In this document: positions 16,413 through 31,559 of the stretch, piece by piece | How positions within the stretch are numbered: position 1 is the stretch's first letter | Layout of the letters: the number at the start of each line of letters is the position of its first letter | Source: the human T2T-CHM13v2.0 reference genome, Homo sapiens | Length of the DNA: 64,000 bases | Assembly (NCBI RefSeq): GCF_009914755.1 | Contig: NC_060934.1 | Reading direction: 5' to 3' (one strand) | Translations under genes and position numbers: made by a program | The notes under the pieces: model-generated | Databases searched by the model: none | The model's input: only the letters and a program-made list of their open reading frames with translations | What the model was told of the DNA's origin: nothing

Positions 16413-17077
16413 ATGAATGAAGTTAGGAAAGGGAGGGAGGGAGGCAACTCCCCTTTCGCTTAGTCACCTCCTAGTGACTCCACTTCCAAACATGTGTCAT
16501 AGTCAGCCTGCCCTTGTTCTATTTTTAGGGCAGGTCCACTCCATTCATGTTTCTGGGGCCTCTGCAGTTGTTGCTGTGTCTGCCTGGCAGCTGCTTTCTT
16601 GAATTTGAGGTTCCAGAGGTTTTGTGTTTCCAGGCACCTTTCATGCATCCTTGCCTTTGCACACTGTTTTTCATCTGGTGTCTGGGGATCTGACACTAAT
16701 CCCTGAAGGCCAAGCTCAAATGCCACATAGTTAGTAAGACCTTTCTGGGCCCCCAACTGTGGAGAATCTGTCTCCACCTTAGCACTTATCACAGACCCTG
16801 GCCATCACTTGATTATATTTTGTGTCCTTAGGGGGTTGGAAACATCCCATGGTCATCTCTCTGAGGCATACAGTGGGTGCCTAATTAACTACTTGCCGAG
16901 TGAAATGAAGCATGTTTGCCGATATCTCTTCTATGCTTTAGGAAATCCCACTGGGCCTGGAAGAAATGTCAGTGTGGGAAGATCTCTCTCAAGGCATCAC
17001 CATAAATCTTTTCCTGTTTTCCTCTTGAAAGACAAGATTTGGAAAAGTCAGGTAACATCTAGAGAAAGCCTCTAATA

Positions 17078-18734
17078 GCCCTCTCCCTCTCCCTCTCCCT
17101 CTCCCTCTCCCTCGCCCTCTCCCCTTTCCACGGTCTCCCCTCTCCCTCTCTTTCCACGGTCTCCCTCTCACGCCGAGCCGAAGCTGGACTGTACTGCCGC
17201 CATCTCGGCTCACTGCAGCCTCCCTGCCTGATTCTCCTGCCTCAGCCTGCCGAGTGCCTGCGATTGCAGGCGTGCGCCGCCACGCCTGACTGGTTTTCGT
17301 ATTTTTTTGGTGGAGACGGGGTTTCGCTGTGTTGGCCGGGCTGGTCTCCAGCTCCTAACCACGAGTGATCCGCCAGCCTCGGCCTCCTGAGGTGCCGGGA
17401 TTGCAGACAGAGTCTCGTTAACTCAGTGCTCAATGGTGCCCAGGCTGGAGTGCAGTGGCGTGATCTCGGCTCCCTGCAGCCTCCACCTCCCAGCCGCCTG
17501 CCTTGGCCCCCCACAGTGCCGAGATTGCAGCCTCTGCCCGGCCGCCACTCCGTCTGGGAAGTGAGGAGCGTCTCTGCCTGGCCGCCCATCGTCTGGGATG
17601 TGAGGAGCCCCTCTGCCTGGCTTCCCAGTCTGGAAAGTGAGGAGCCTCTCTGCCCGGCCGCCATCCCACCTAGGAAGTGAGGAGCGCCTCTTCCCGGCCG
17701 CCATCCCATCTAGGAAGTGAGGAGCGTCTCTGCCCGGCCGCCCCGTCTGAGAAGTGAGGAGACCCTCCGCCTGGCAACCGCCCCGTCTGAGAAGTGAGGA
17801 GCCCCTCCGCCCGGCAGCTGCCCCGTCTGAGAAGTGAGGAGCCCCTCCGCCCGGCTGACACCCCGTCTGGGAAGTGAGGAGCGTCTCCGCCCACACCCCT
17901 TCCGGGAGGGAGGTGGGGGTCAGCCCCCGCCAGGCCAGCCGCCCCGTCCGGGAGGGAGGTGGGGGGGGTCAGCCCCCCGCCCGGCCAGCCGCCCCGTCCG
18001 GGAGGTGAGGGGCGCCTCTGCCCGGCCGCCCCTACTGGGAAGTGAGGAGCCCCTCTGCCCGGCCGCCACCCCGTCTGGGAGGTGTGCCCAGTAGCTCATT
18101 GAGAACGGGCCATGATGGCAATGGCGGTTTTGTGGAATAGAAAAGGGGGAAAGGTGGGGAAAAGATTGAGAAATCGGATGGTTGCTGTGTCTGTGTAGAA
18201 AGAAGTAGACATGGGAGACTTTTCATTTTGTTCTGTACTAAGAAAAATTCTTCTGCCTTGGGATCCTGTTGATCTATGACCTTACCCCCAACCCTGTGCT
18301 CTCTGAAACATGTGCTGTGTCCACTCAGGGTTAAATGGATTAAGGGCGGTGCAAGATGTGCTTTGTTTAACAGATGCTTGAAGGCAGCATGCTCGTTAAG
18401 AGTCATCACCACTCCCTAATCTCAAGTACCCAGGGACACAAACACTCTGCCTAGGAAAACCAGAGACCTTTGTTCAGTTGTTTATCTGCTGACCTTCCCT
18501 CTACTATTGTCCTATGACCCTGCCAAATCCCCCTCTGCGAGAAACACCCAAGAATGATCAATTAAAAAAAAAAATAAATAAATAAAATAAAATTAAGCCA
18601 AATTGCAATCTAAAACTAACTTTTTTTAAAAAAATGTTTTAATGGGAACAGAAATGTTAAAACTCACAGTAGAACAGAATTTTAAAAATAGTAATTTTAA
18701 CAATAAATTTGTTTTCATAACCATAAAAAAAAAA
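17078..18734 (+). mobile_element. Full-length SVA retrotransposon (SVA_D-like) with 3' transduction
   Basis: (CCCTCT)n head, Alu-like region, GC-rich VNTR, SINE-R, A-rich tail, extra unique segment and second polyA. 15-bp TSD AGAAAGCCTCTAATA at 17063-17077 and 18734-18748. Confidence 0.96.
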
Positions 18735-19935
18735 GAAAGCCTCTAATATTTGGATGAATTCTATCTGGGAAGGGAGAATTATTGCCACCATTTTACAGAT
18801 CAGAAATCAGAGGCTCAGAGAGATTGAGACTTGCTAATGATTACATAGTAAATAGGAGAGCCAGAGGTTGAAACCTATGTCATCTGACTCCAGGGATGCC
18901 GTTTCCTACCACATACTTCCTAGTAGTCTCCGCAATGTGCCATGAGATGACATTGTTTAAGGCTTTCCAGACCACAATTTCCCCCTCAAGCATTCATGCA
19001 ATTGTTTTCCATCCAGACCCAAGTGCTGAGAATTTCCTCGTCTCCCCTGCTTTTTCTTCATCTCCCTGAGGTTTGCTAGCTCTTTCCCTGGCTTCTCTGC
19101 CGTCTGCAAGAGTTCGTTTTTCTCTCATCTCTTTCCAGCTATTATGATTTCCAAATCTTTCAGTTGGTTTCTTTTTCCGGCTGTGGTCCTTTATGGGGAG
19201 GCTTTCCAATGCAGCCGCAGATTGGAGGATGATAACACTGAATGTTAGTGGATCTTCTTTGATGTTATTTTGTGGGTGAACTCATTAATTTATGATAAAA
19301 AACATCAAAGAGCTAGGCTCTTGCATAGGACTAGGTTGTCCCAAGGCAGCTGGATAATAATGATTAGTCAGATTAAATCTCAAAGAGCTCTCTGCCTCAA
19401 ATATAGGAGTTAAAGTCCAGATGACTGCATTTGGGAACATCCCATCCTCTAGCATCTCATCACAGCCTTGAGTCAGCCCAACATGGAATGCTGCCCACTC
19501 TGAATGTGGGTCTCTCTCTGTGGCTTCCACTTTGAGGCCTCTAAGACTTGAGGTCTGTTGAGATTGTTACAACCCTGGAGGCAATGTAGGGGAAATAGGG
19601 TGAGGCTGTGAAAGCCTCTTTCCCACCAGAGGAGCTAGATATTAAAAGGGATCATTTGTCCTTGCATGAGTGATCTCAAAGCTCTCTATAGACTCTAGTC
19701 CTGTGACGTCAATGGGGAGAACTCTCTCTGGGCTAAGTGCCAGCTCCATGCTTGGCACGGAGCAAGCTTTCTATAGGTACTGGCTGAATGATGGACCAAG
19801 CTTTCTAGAGGTAATGGTTGAATGATGTGTGAAAAGCCGTTGGCTAGTTGAAGGGGAGCAGGAGTGGAGCTCAGGTTTTTCTTTATGTGACAAAACCTCC
19901 TAACCAGCTCCCATCTGTGGCCATTTACTGTGTTT

Positions 19936-20327
19936 TTTTTTATTGTTATACTTTAAGTTTTAGGGTACATGTGCACAATGTGCAGGTTAGTGACATATGT
20001 ATACATGTGACATGCTGGTGCGCTGTACCCACTAACTCGTCATCTAGCATTAGGTATATCTCCCAATGCTATCCCTCCCCCCTCCCCCCACCCCACAACA
20101 ATCCCCAGAGTGTGATGTTCCCCTTCCTGTGTTCATGTGTTCTCATTGTTCAATTCCCACCTATGAGTGAGAATATGCGGTGTTTGGTTTTTTGTTCTTG
20201 TGATAGTTTACTGAGAATGATAATTTCCAATTTCATCCATGTCCCTACAAAGGACATGAACTCATCATTTTTTATGGCTGCATAGTATTCCATGGTGTAT
20301 ATGTGCCACATTTTCTTAATCCAGTCC
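19936..20327 (-). mobile_element. 5'-truncated young L1PA 3' end
   Basis: L1 3'UTR (ttatactttaagttttagggtacatgtgcac...) little diverged from consensus. TSD ACTGTGTTT at 19927-19935 and 20328-20336. Confidence 0.9.
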
Positions 20328-21229
20328 ACTGTGTTTCTTTCGCCTCTGTGGGAAATTGTCTGTGCTCCTCTCCTGAGCCATCCCCTCTCTGTTTGCCCTG
20401 TGTCCCATTCTCTGCTGGCCTGTTAAGGGCTTGCTCCTGCAATTAACCCTCTCTTTTCTGAATCATCAGTGTTTCCCTCTCTACTAGATGATTCCTGTCA
20501 GCAGACAAACATGCCCTAATGTCTTCCCTCTTGAAAGGAAACTCCCTTGCTTCCATGTCTCTCTCAGACCCCCATGCTAGTCTTTGCTTCCCTTTGCAGG
20601 AGAAAGAATTGTCTACACTCTCAGTACCTCTCCTCTCTCTCCTCCATGCTAACTCTCAAACCCACTTTAATCAGGATCTTATCCCTGCACCACTAAAATG
20701 GCTCTTGTCAAGGTCACTGGCGAACCTTCTTGCTGCCAAGTCCAGTAGTCATTCCTCAGTCCTCATCTTATTCCACCTGTGAGCAGCATTCAACATGGCA
20801 GGCAAGGCTCTCTTTCCAGCCTTCTTTGCTTGGCTCCAGGACACCGCCCTCTCTTGAATCTCCTCCTACTTCACTGGCCCCTCTTCTCAGTCTTTTGTCT
20901 TCCAGCCTGTCAGTGACCAAGTGTCCTGAATCAGTTCTTGGACAGCTTTTCTAGCTATGCCTACTCGCTCGATGATGTCTCTAGTCCCATGGTTTTAAAT
21001 GCTATCCACATACTGAAGGGTCCTGAAGTTATATCTCCAACTCCTCATCCTCCCTTATAATTTGCTTATAACATGCACATCAAACTTCAAACCTAAGTGA
21101 ACAAAACACAACCAAAATGCTGTGTTCTCTATCCCTTCAGGCCTGCTCAGTCCCTAGTCTTCCCCTCTCAGTAGATGGCCACTCCTTTCTTCTGATGGCT
21201 CAGATCTCAAGACTTAGACTCATCTTTGA

Positions 21230-22263
<1,034 letters not shown>

Positions 22264-23411
22264 TCCTGCTATTCTTTGAACATACCAAGCCCAGTCCTGC
22301 GTCAGGGCCCTTGGATTCTGTCCTCTCTGCCTTGTCACTCTTCCTCCAGGTATCTATATGTCTAGTTCTCTCTCTTCCTTCAGGGCTCTACCCAAATTTC
22401 ACCTTATCAAAAAAAGTATTCCCTGACTATTCTTTCGAAAATAAGCCCTCTCTATCACTATCTCCTTACCATATCTTCTTCCTAGCAGTGATCACACTTT
22501 TCTTCCTAGCAGTGATCAAAACTTGACATATTTTACACATATTTGCTTATGTCATGGATTGTTACCCCCATTACTATATAAGTTCAATAAGGACAGAGGC
22601 TTTGCATTTTTAGTCACGACTGTATCCCAATTTCCTAGAAGAGTGCCTGATACACAGTAGGTGTTCAACAAATAGATGTTGATGAATGGATTTGTTGAAT
22701 GGCCTCATCCAGATATCTAGTCATCAGGTGAAGAGAATGGTTTCCAGAAGGTTGTCTAATTGATGTGATAAAAATCAAGTGGGAGGAACTGTGAAATTTA
22801 CATGGAGATCATCAGATTATGTGTTCTTTTATTACCAGTGACCACTGCAGGATTCATAGATATTCTGTTTGGTCCTTTATGCCAAATCCTATGCCAAACT
22901 ATAAGGTAGAATGAGACACCCGCCTTTAACTTCTTTAGCATGTCACTTACACTCTGGGACTCAGCGTTTTCATCTGCAAAATAGGCAGCTGGAGATGTGG
23001 TCATTGCTCTGCTAGTCTATGGTCTACCAGATGCTGGAGGGAGGCAATACAGTTAGGAGGATCAACCACACAGGCTCTGGAGCTTGACTGCCCATGTCTG
23101 AATCCTGTCTCCATTCCCCACAAACCCTATGACCTTGGGCAACTTACTCAGTTCCCTCATTTATAAAGTGGGAATAATAAAAAGATCACAAGAACACAAC
23201 TCAAAGAGTAATTGTGAGGATTACGTAAGATCATACATGTAAAGTGTGTAGCATATGGGCTGGCACATGGTAAGTGCTCACTAAATGTTAGCTACTAAAA
23301 ATGAAAAGTTCTGGGAAAATTTTTGAGGGGTCATCGCTATTAATGTGTTTTAGGGGTGACAAACTGTTCTAGAATATTAGATAATATGGGCATTTTAAAA
23401 GCATGATAATT

Positions 23412-25238
<1,827 letters not shown>

Positions 25239-26222
25239 TCCTTTTTATTAAACAAATAGATCATTTAGTTGGAATTTATGATGTCAAAAGTGCGAAGGTG
25301 GCACCAGAGCCAGACCTGCCATCCTTGGAGAGTGAGCATACCGGTTTGGCACCATCTGCTTGTGGTTTTTGAGTGGTGGTGGTAGTGGTGGTGCGTGTAT
25401 GTAAACTCGGGTTGCAGAGGAGAGAGGGAAGAGTAAAGGGTGGGGACCAGGTCCAGGAAGAGCAGCAAGGAGAGACTGGCTTCAATTCTGGAGCTGCCTG
25501 AAAGAAGGGACCCCAGGCTATGGCTGAGAACGAAATGTGGGCACGTATTTAAAGAAAGGAAATGATTCTCTGCGGTCGGCAGGATCTTTGTCTAGCTAGT
25601 GGGGTTCCAGGAAGTGCAAAGGAGAGGGGAAAAGAGGGGCCGTCCGTGCAAGCCTGACTGTGTGTATATGGGGGGGGGGGGCACACAGAGAGGAAAAGGG
25701 AGAGAAAGAAAAGAAATTATTCTAAAGAGGAAGCTGGGGGCGGGGCGAGGGAGGGGTAGAGCCGGGGCACTGGGGGTGGCTGGAAAGGTAGAGAGGCCTC
25801 ACCTGCGGGCCTGCGAGCGGCTCGGGAGCGGTCAGCCTTGCAGGCTGAAGCGTCTTGCCCCGGAAAAATTCCTGCCCCACTGTCCTTCAGGCTGGATGTC
25901 CCGGGGGCCACGGAAGCGAGCGCAGAGCTCCGGGGCTCTCACGAGGGGGAGGGCAGGAAGGGGAGGCGGGGCCTCGCGCGGGGCGGTAGCCGAGCCTGTG
26001 GCCCGGGCGGGGCTCCTCTCCGGCGGCGCCGGAGTCTGGGGGCCGCGGCTTCCCCCTCCCGGCCAGCGGCGGCTCCTGGCCCCTCCTCCCCCGGCCGCCC
26101 CCATCCCCGCCGCCGCCGCCGCCAAAGCTAAACCCGGCCGTTGCCTGCAGGAGCCGCGGCAGCGGGCGATCGGGCCGTGAGGAGCCTCGGGCGCGGCCTC
26201 GCCTCCCGGGCCCGGCGCCTGC

Positions 26223-26400
26223 CTCAGCACAGCGGACAGCGCCGCGCCCCTTGCCTGGACCCAGCCGCCCGCCCGCCCCCGGCCCACCTGAGCCCGGGCC
26301 CGCGGCGCCCGCATCAGCACTGCGGACAGCGCCCCGGGCCCCAGCTCGCCGCCACCGCCGCCGCCCACCTGCTCCCGGGGTCAGCACCGCGGAGACCCCC
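26223..26400 (+). promoter_or_regulatory. Three RE1/NRSE (REST)-like elements
   Basis: CTCAGCACAGCGGACAGCGCC (26223-26243), ATCAGCACTGCGGACAGCGCC (26313-26333) and GTCAGCACCGCGGAGACCCCC (26380-26400), compared with the RE1 consensus TTCAGCACCnnGGACAGcGCC. Confidence 0.85.
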
Positions 26401-26440
26401 CTCGCCCGGCCCCGCGACAGCCTCCGAGCGCCCCCGGATC

Positions 26441-26452
26441 ATGGCCACCGAG
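26441..26452 (+). CDS. GOLGA7B: GOLGA7B coding exon 1 (MATE)
   Basis: ATG in strong Kozak context (atcATGG) at the 3' end of the CpG island, followed by donor GAG|gtaggg. Joins in frame (phase 0) to exon 2. Confidence 0.95.
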
Positions 26453-29400
26453 GTAGGGGCGAGCGCCCCACCCGCAGGCAGTGCCCGATTGCCGCGGGAC
26501 CAAATGCCCTAGGGGTGGGCTGGGCAGGAGTGGGAGGCGGGAGTTGGGGGTGGGATGGGGTGATTCCCCAGGTCAGGTCTGGAGGGAGGAGGTAGGGGCT
26601 TAGTGAGGGCTCATCTCCCCCTTGCGTGTCAATCTTCCCCTCGCCCCACCTGAGCCCCCAAGCTGTCCGCGACACTTGTTGGCATTAGCGCCAGGGTTGC
26701 TTCAGGGCCCCAGGCTGGGGTTTCCCCTTCCCTGGACTTCACAAGTCCTGAAACCGCTTTCCTAGAGGGTTGGAGACGCGTGTGTGTGCGTGTGTGAGGG
26801 GAGGGAAGGCGGCTGTCCGCTGTTGCTATGCAGTCAGCTTCTGAACCCAAAAGCTTGGCTAAGGGATGACAGACTTACCTCTACATCCGCATTTCCTTTG
26901 CGGGAGGGAGGGGACAAAGACATCCTCAGGCTGAGAACCCAAATGGTTGGTCTCCACTTTTGCATATCACCCTTCTTGCTTTTTTACCCCATTCGAGTTT
27001 TTTTTTTTTTTTTGTCCCAGGGTGTCCAGATTTCCCCTCCATCTGATGGGAGTTTCTGCCTTCTTCAAGGTGCACTGATAGGTGTGTCACCTTCAAGCAC
27101 TTGAAGGCTGAACCACGGGGCCTGTTAGCTAAGGGCAGAATCTTGGTATAATGCTTGAGGTCGAGGATTCCCCCCTCTACCCCTAGGGATTGCCCTTTCC
27201 CCCCTCATTTCAGGAGGGAGATTGGGCTCTTTATGTTCCCACTTTATACATGATAAAGGTGATGTGTGGAAAACGAAAGGACTAATTTGCTACTCCACAC
27301 AGCATGTCAGCAGCAGAGCGGAAAGTTTTTGCCTTTGAATTTTTGGAGCGAAACTCAGGACATCAGGGTCTCCCCAGTTCTGATGTTGACTTCCTTTGTG
27401 GTGTCTCCCCATTTCCAATCCAGCTGGCATACACTGGGGGAGAGCAGAGGCCTGTGAATGATTCAATGCAGTGCTTCTGGGCATCCTGGTGAGCAGTGTG
27501 ACATTAATACCAAGTGTGGCTGTTGTTATTCCACTCAAGTTTCCACCACAGAACAAGGTGCTGTTGCTTGGCATTGCTTGGCATTCTGACAAGGCACAAG
27601 GTTAGCTAGGCGGAGAGTTGCCCCTCAGGACTTGGTGTGAGGGCAAGCCCTGGGCAGACCCTGGGAGCTTGGTTTCTAGAGTAGAGGAATGCAGAGTACT
27701 CACAAAGCACCAAAGACATGGAGGACAGCAGGAAGAACAAAGGGAGAAACCAAGGAGTTGGTTACCTTCCAGATAGGGCTGCCAGACTGCAGCAGAGGCT
27801 GCTGTGTTGGACAGAAAAGGGGAACTTCAGCTACATGGGCATGGCTGGGCCAGCAGCGTGGGCAGAGAAGGCAGCTGCCTCTGCGATGTGATCTGACAGA
27901 TTCCAACAGGCCCATCTGTCCCAGGATGTCTGCCATGGCCCACAGATTCCAACCAGCAGGCTTCTATCTCTATGTCAAGACAGCGTTTCCAGGAGGCTGC
28001 TATGAGACATGTGTGACTCTCCCCTGGGAGGGGCTCTGCTCATAACGCCTCTGAAAATATTGCGCTTTCCTGTGTACAAAGCACTATCGCATGAGTGATC
28101 TCTTTCAAGCCTCAGAGCAGCCCTATGAAGTGGGTAAGGATGGTGTTATTATGCCCAATTAACAGATGAGACAACTAAGGTTCAGAAACTTGCCTGGTCC
28201 CTGTGAAGGAGCCAAAGAAGGCATCATTATCCCATTTTACAGATGATGGAACTGAAGTGCTGAGACTTATTCAGGAAAATATGGCTAAAAGGTGGCAGGG
28301 ATGGGATAAGAACTTGAGTCTTCTGCCTCTTTGGCCAGTGCTTTTTTTTCCTGCATCCAATTAGCCTATTGTGTCACCTGATAGAGAGGAGGGCCCTCCA
28401 GGTCTTGATGTGAAGCTTTGGTGGAGAGAGGGATGCAAAGGAAGTCATGAAGGGCTGGAGTGTGGGGACTCAGGCCCCCTGCTTGGCCTGGCTGGGTTGG
28501 TTTGAGGGCAGAGGGACAGAGGAAAGTCCCGGAGTGATGGGGAGCTGAGGACAAACATTCCTCACTTCACAATTTGGCCTTGGGTGGACTCTGATGGCAG
28601 AACTGAGGCAGGAAGCCTTAGCTCTGCCAGGGCACAGGACCTGCACGTATTCTGGGTTGTGGGGTGAGTCATTCTCCCAAGGCTGTTTTTACTGTTAGAA
28701 TTGAGTTGAGATTACCAGGATAAACTTGTTGGGAGAGGGAAAACATCGCTTTAAGTTCCCATGATTATTCTGTTAGGATTCTCAATAGGAACTCCTCAGC
28801 TCTAGGAGAAGCTGTATTGAGAGAAGGAGAGAGGGAGAGGAAGGGGGTGGGGAGAGGGACAGAGAGGGAGGGGTGAGGGAGAGGGAAGAAATTCATGGGT
28901 GGAAACTGGGTCTTTTCTGTTCCCTAATTTCTGTTTAGGAGTTAGCATTAGGGGAGAGGTGTCTGTAAGGAACTCAGAGGAGGGATGGAGCCTCCTGAGT
29001 GATACACTGACCTCATTTGGAGAGCTGCAATGAGCCCATTTTCTGAGCAGCAAACCTCTGTGAATGTGTGTCACTGGGAGCAGGGTCTGCCCTGGGAAAT
29101 AGTCCAGATGGCCAAGGACAACTGGGAAGTGCCTGGCTGGGAGGGGCTTCTCCAAGTGGTGGGGTTTGGTCTCTAAGAGATTTTTAAATGCATCCAAGTA
29201 GCGTTATTCAAGCAGGGTGTTTGGAGGTTTGATCTTTGAGGCATGGAATTAATGATGAGTAGACAACTGGGTCAGGCTTGAGCACTGGTACAGGCTGAGA
29301 AGAAGGGAGGTCTTGTGGCTGGTGTTTTATCCTTAGGCCTGACCTGGCTGTCTGTGACTCATGATCCTCACTCCTCCTTCACACCCCAGCCAGGAAGCAG

Positions 29401-30037
29401 AGTGCTGGCATCAGCGGAACCTCCTAATTCTCGATGCCTCACATGCATCCTATGGAATGAGATGGTTTTTAATGAGGATGAAGATGGCGCCAGGGGGGCA
29501 CTCCTGTTGGACTTGGGCAGACTGGACCAGGAGCTCATTTGCACTCTAGAGCTTGTTCCTCTGCACCCCAGCTAGTTGACTGTCAGGTGAACAGGAGCCA
29601 AATGTGTGACCTGTGGTACCCACTCTCCAGGCAGACTCCCCCTCCTTCTCATACTGCAGTTTGAAAATTGGTACCCATGGGTCTCACCACTGATTTTCTT
29701 CCTTATGAAATGCTTCTCGGCCCTGTCTTCACTCTGCTGCCAGTGAGCCAGGGGTGGCAATGGGAGAGAGGGGCAGGGTTGAGGAAGGTGAGAAGTGGAG
29801 AGAGGCTCAGGTCTCTGGGTCAGTTAAGAACCCCCTGGGAGACACCCAGGGGAAACACAGAAACTGCAGCTTCAGAGAGAGTTGTGCACATATTTTGATA
29901 TCCTCTGGTAGGATTTCAGAGCATCACGGATCTCTGCTGAAAACCCCACCAGCTTTCTGAAAACTTAGTAGCTGGCCAGTGGCCTGGAGCCTGGCTTAGC
30001 TCTTGCCCAAGGGGCCCCAGCCATGGGATTCTTTATT

Positions 30038-30348
30038 TAGAGGTCTTAAACTAGCAGCTCTAGAAATGAGTCTGGTCCATGGGTGTGCCTTACTTAGTCT
30101 GTTGAGTGCTTATACATTTTAAAAATGTATTGGAAATATTCAAAAATCAGAATATTTGATGTTAAAAAGATCTAGATTTCTGGCTTCTTTTGAGACACCA
30201 GAAGTGCTGGCAACCTGGGTATACATTCCCACGTGGCAATAGTCATCTGTCTCCTTGAGATGGGGCACCAGTTTTCTAATTAGCCCCAGGCCCCACCTGG
30301 CCCACTTATTGCTCAGCCCCTGTAAACATTTGCATTCATAATCCCTGA
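30038..30348. mobile_element. MER102-like hAT element
   Basis: Motif tctagatttctggcttcttttga...ctggcaacctggg...cattcccacgtggcaa. Confidence 0.55.
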
Positions 30349-30879
30349 TAAAGCCTCTAGAATGTCAGAGATGAAAGGGGCTTGAGCAATGATGTAGTTC
30401 CAGTTTCTTAGTTTCCAGTTGAAGAAATGGAGGTGCAGAGAAGGGAAGACTTTCCCAGGGCCATGTGGCCCAGGGTCAGGTCTCCTGCCCCCAGGTCAGT
30501 GGGCCATCTTTCCACTAGGGCTTCCTGGCACTTCACACTCAAGCCACCATGAATGGAGAAAACCAGGAGACCCTGCCTTGCCTTAAATCCGGCTCTTCAC
30601 CAACTTCAGATGAGTCTGTAATATATGTACTCTATGTAGGTCTGGGAGACTAAGGCTCTGCCATATAAAATGTGTCTGATATCATCCTTTAGCAACTCCT
30701 CAGAGTTGCTCCTCCACAAACACTCTCCAGGGAGAGAAGCAGATCTCTGGTCACCCAGAGCCTGGATAGTAGTCTAAGGCTCAGGATATTGTTGGTGCTG
30801 AAAAGGGTGTTGACTTATCCTACTCTGGCTACTTGAGAACCTGTGGATCAAAGCCAAGAGGAAATGGGAATTTATTATG

Positions 30880-31270
30880 TAAGGTAGCACCCCCAAATCT
30901 TAATGTATTAATAGCTTAATACAATAGAAGTTTGTATCCTGCTCAGTGAAGTTCCAGGTAAGTGTTCCTGATCAACAGGTATTCCAGGCGGTGATTCAAG
31001 GCAGTGATTCAGTGATTCAGGGACCAAGGCTCTTCCCAACTTGTGGTGTCACTATCTTCAACACAGGGCTCCACCAGCCTCCATGAAAGGGGAAAGAGCA
31101 GGGAGAAATGGTACATCTTTATGAATCAAGCCTACACATGGCATTCGTCACTTCCTCTCACATTCTACTCAGTCATAGGGACACACCTAACTGCAAGGGA
31201 GGCTGGGAATTAATATAGCTGTATGCCTAGGAGGAAGAAGAAATGGCTTGGGTCAGTAGCTAGCCAGTCG
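30880..31270 (-). mobile_element. Old MLT1-type MaLR LTR in GOLGA7B intron 1
   Basis: Motifs gcttaatacaatagaagttt and acacctaactgcaagggaggctgggaa...aggaggaagaagaaatgg (antisense MLT1). Confidence 0.7.
31017..31078 (-). CDS. CRTAC1: Candidate third CRTAC1 last exon (GWWSPVLKIVTPQVGKSLGP*) in an MLT1 LTR
   Basis: Polypyrimidine tract catttctccctgctctttcccctttcatggag|, phase-1 compatible with the EGF exon, TGA, and minus-strand AATAAA at 30876-30871. Confidence 0.45.
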
Positions 31271-31332
31271 CTAGAGACACACGCCTTCAGGACAGCACAC
31301 AAATATGTGTGTACACATGTGTGCATTCAGGC

Positions 31333-31559
31333 ACAGATTTAACACAATCCCTATCAAATTAGCAACATCGTTTTTCACAGTATTGGAAAAAACAATGCTA
31401 AAAAAAGAAAAAACAATGCTAAAGTTCACATGGAACCAAAAGAGAACCTGAATAGCCAAAGCAATCCTATGCAAAGAACAAATCCAGAGGCATCACATTG
31501 CCTGACGTCAAATTATACTACAAGGCTATAGTAACCAAAACAGCAGGTTTTGTATGGGT
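31333..31559 (+). mobile_element. L1 ORF2 fragment, local copy of 33695-33924
   Basis: Near-identical to 33695-33924, including the private motif cagcaggttttgtatgggt. Confidence 0.85.

Larger units (their letters stand above)
25700..26520. promoter_or_regulatory. CpG island / bidirectional promoter of GOLGA7B
   Basis: Very high GC and CpG density, GC box (GGGGCGGGGC near 25737), short (GCC)n near 26108. Ends at the GOLGA7B first donor. Confidence 0.92.

Noticed and set aside
16989-18412. Multiple repetitive ORFs
   Set aside because: Translations of the SVA hexamer, Alu-like, VNTR and SINE-R regions.
25599-26675. Several Pro/Arg/Ala/Gly-rich ORFs in the CpG island
   Set aside because: Explained by stop-codon depletion in GC-rich DNA, mostly non-ATG starts. 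Only MATE at 26441 splices into a real CDS.
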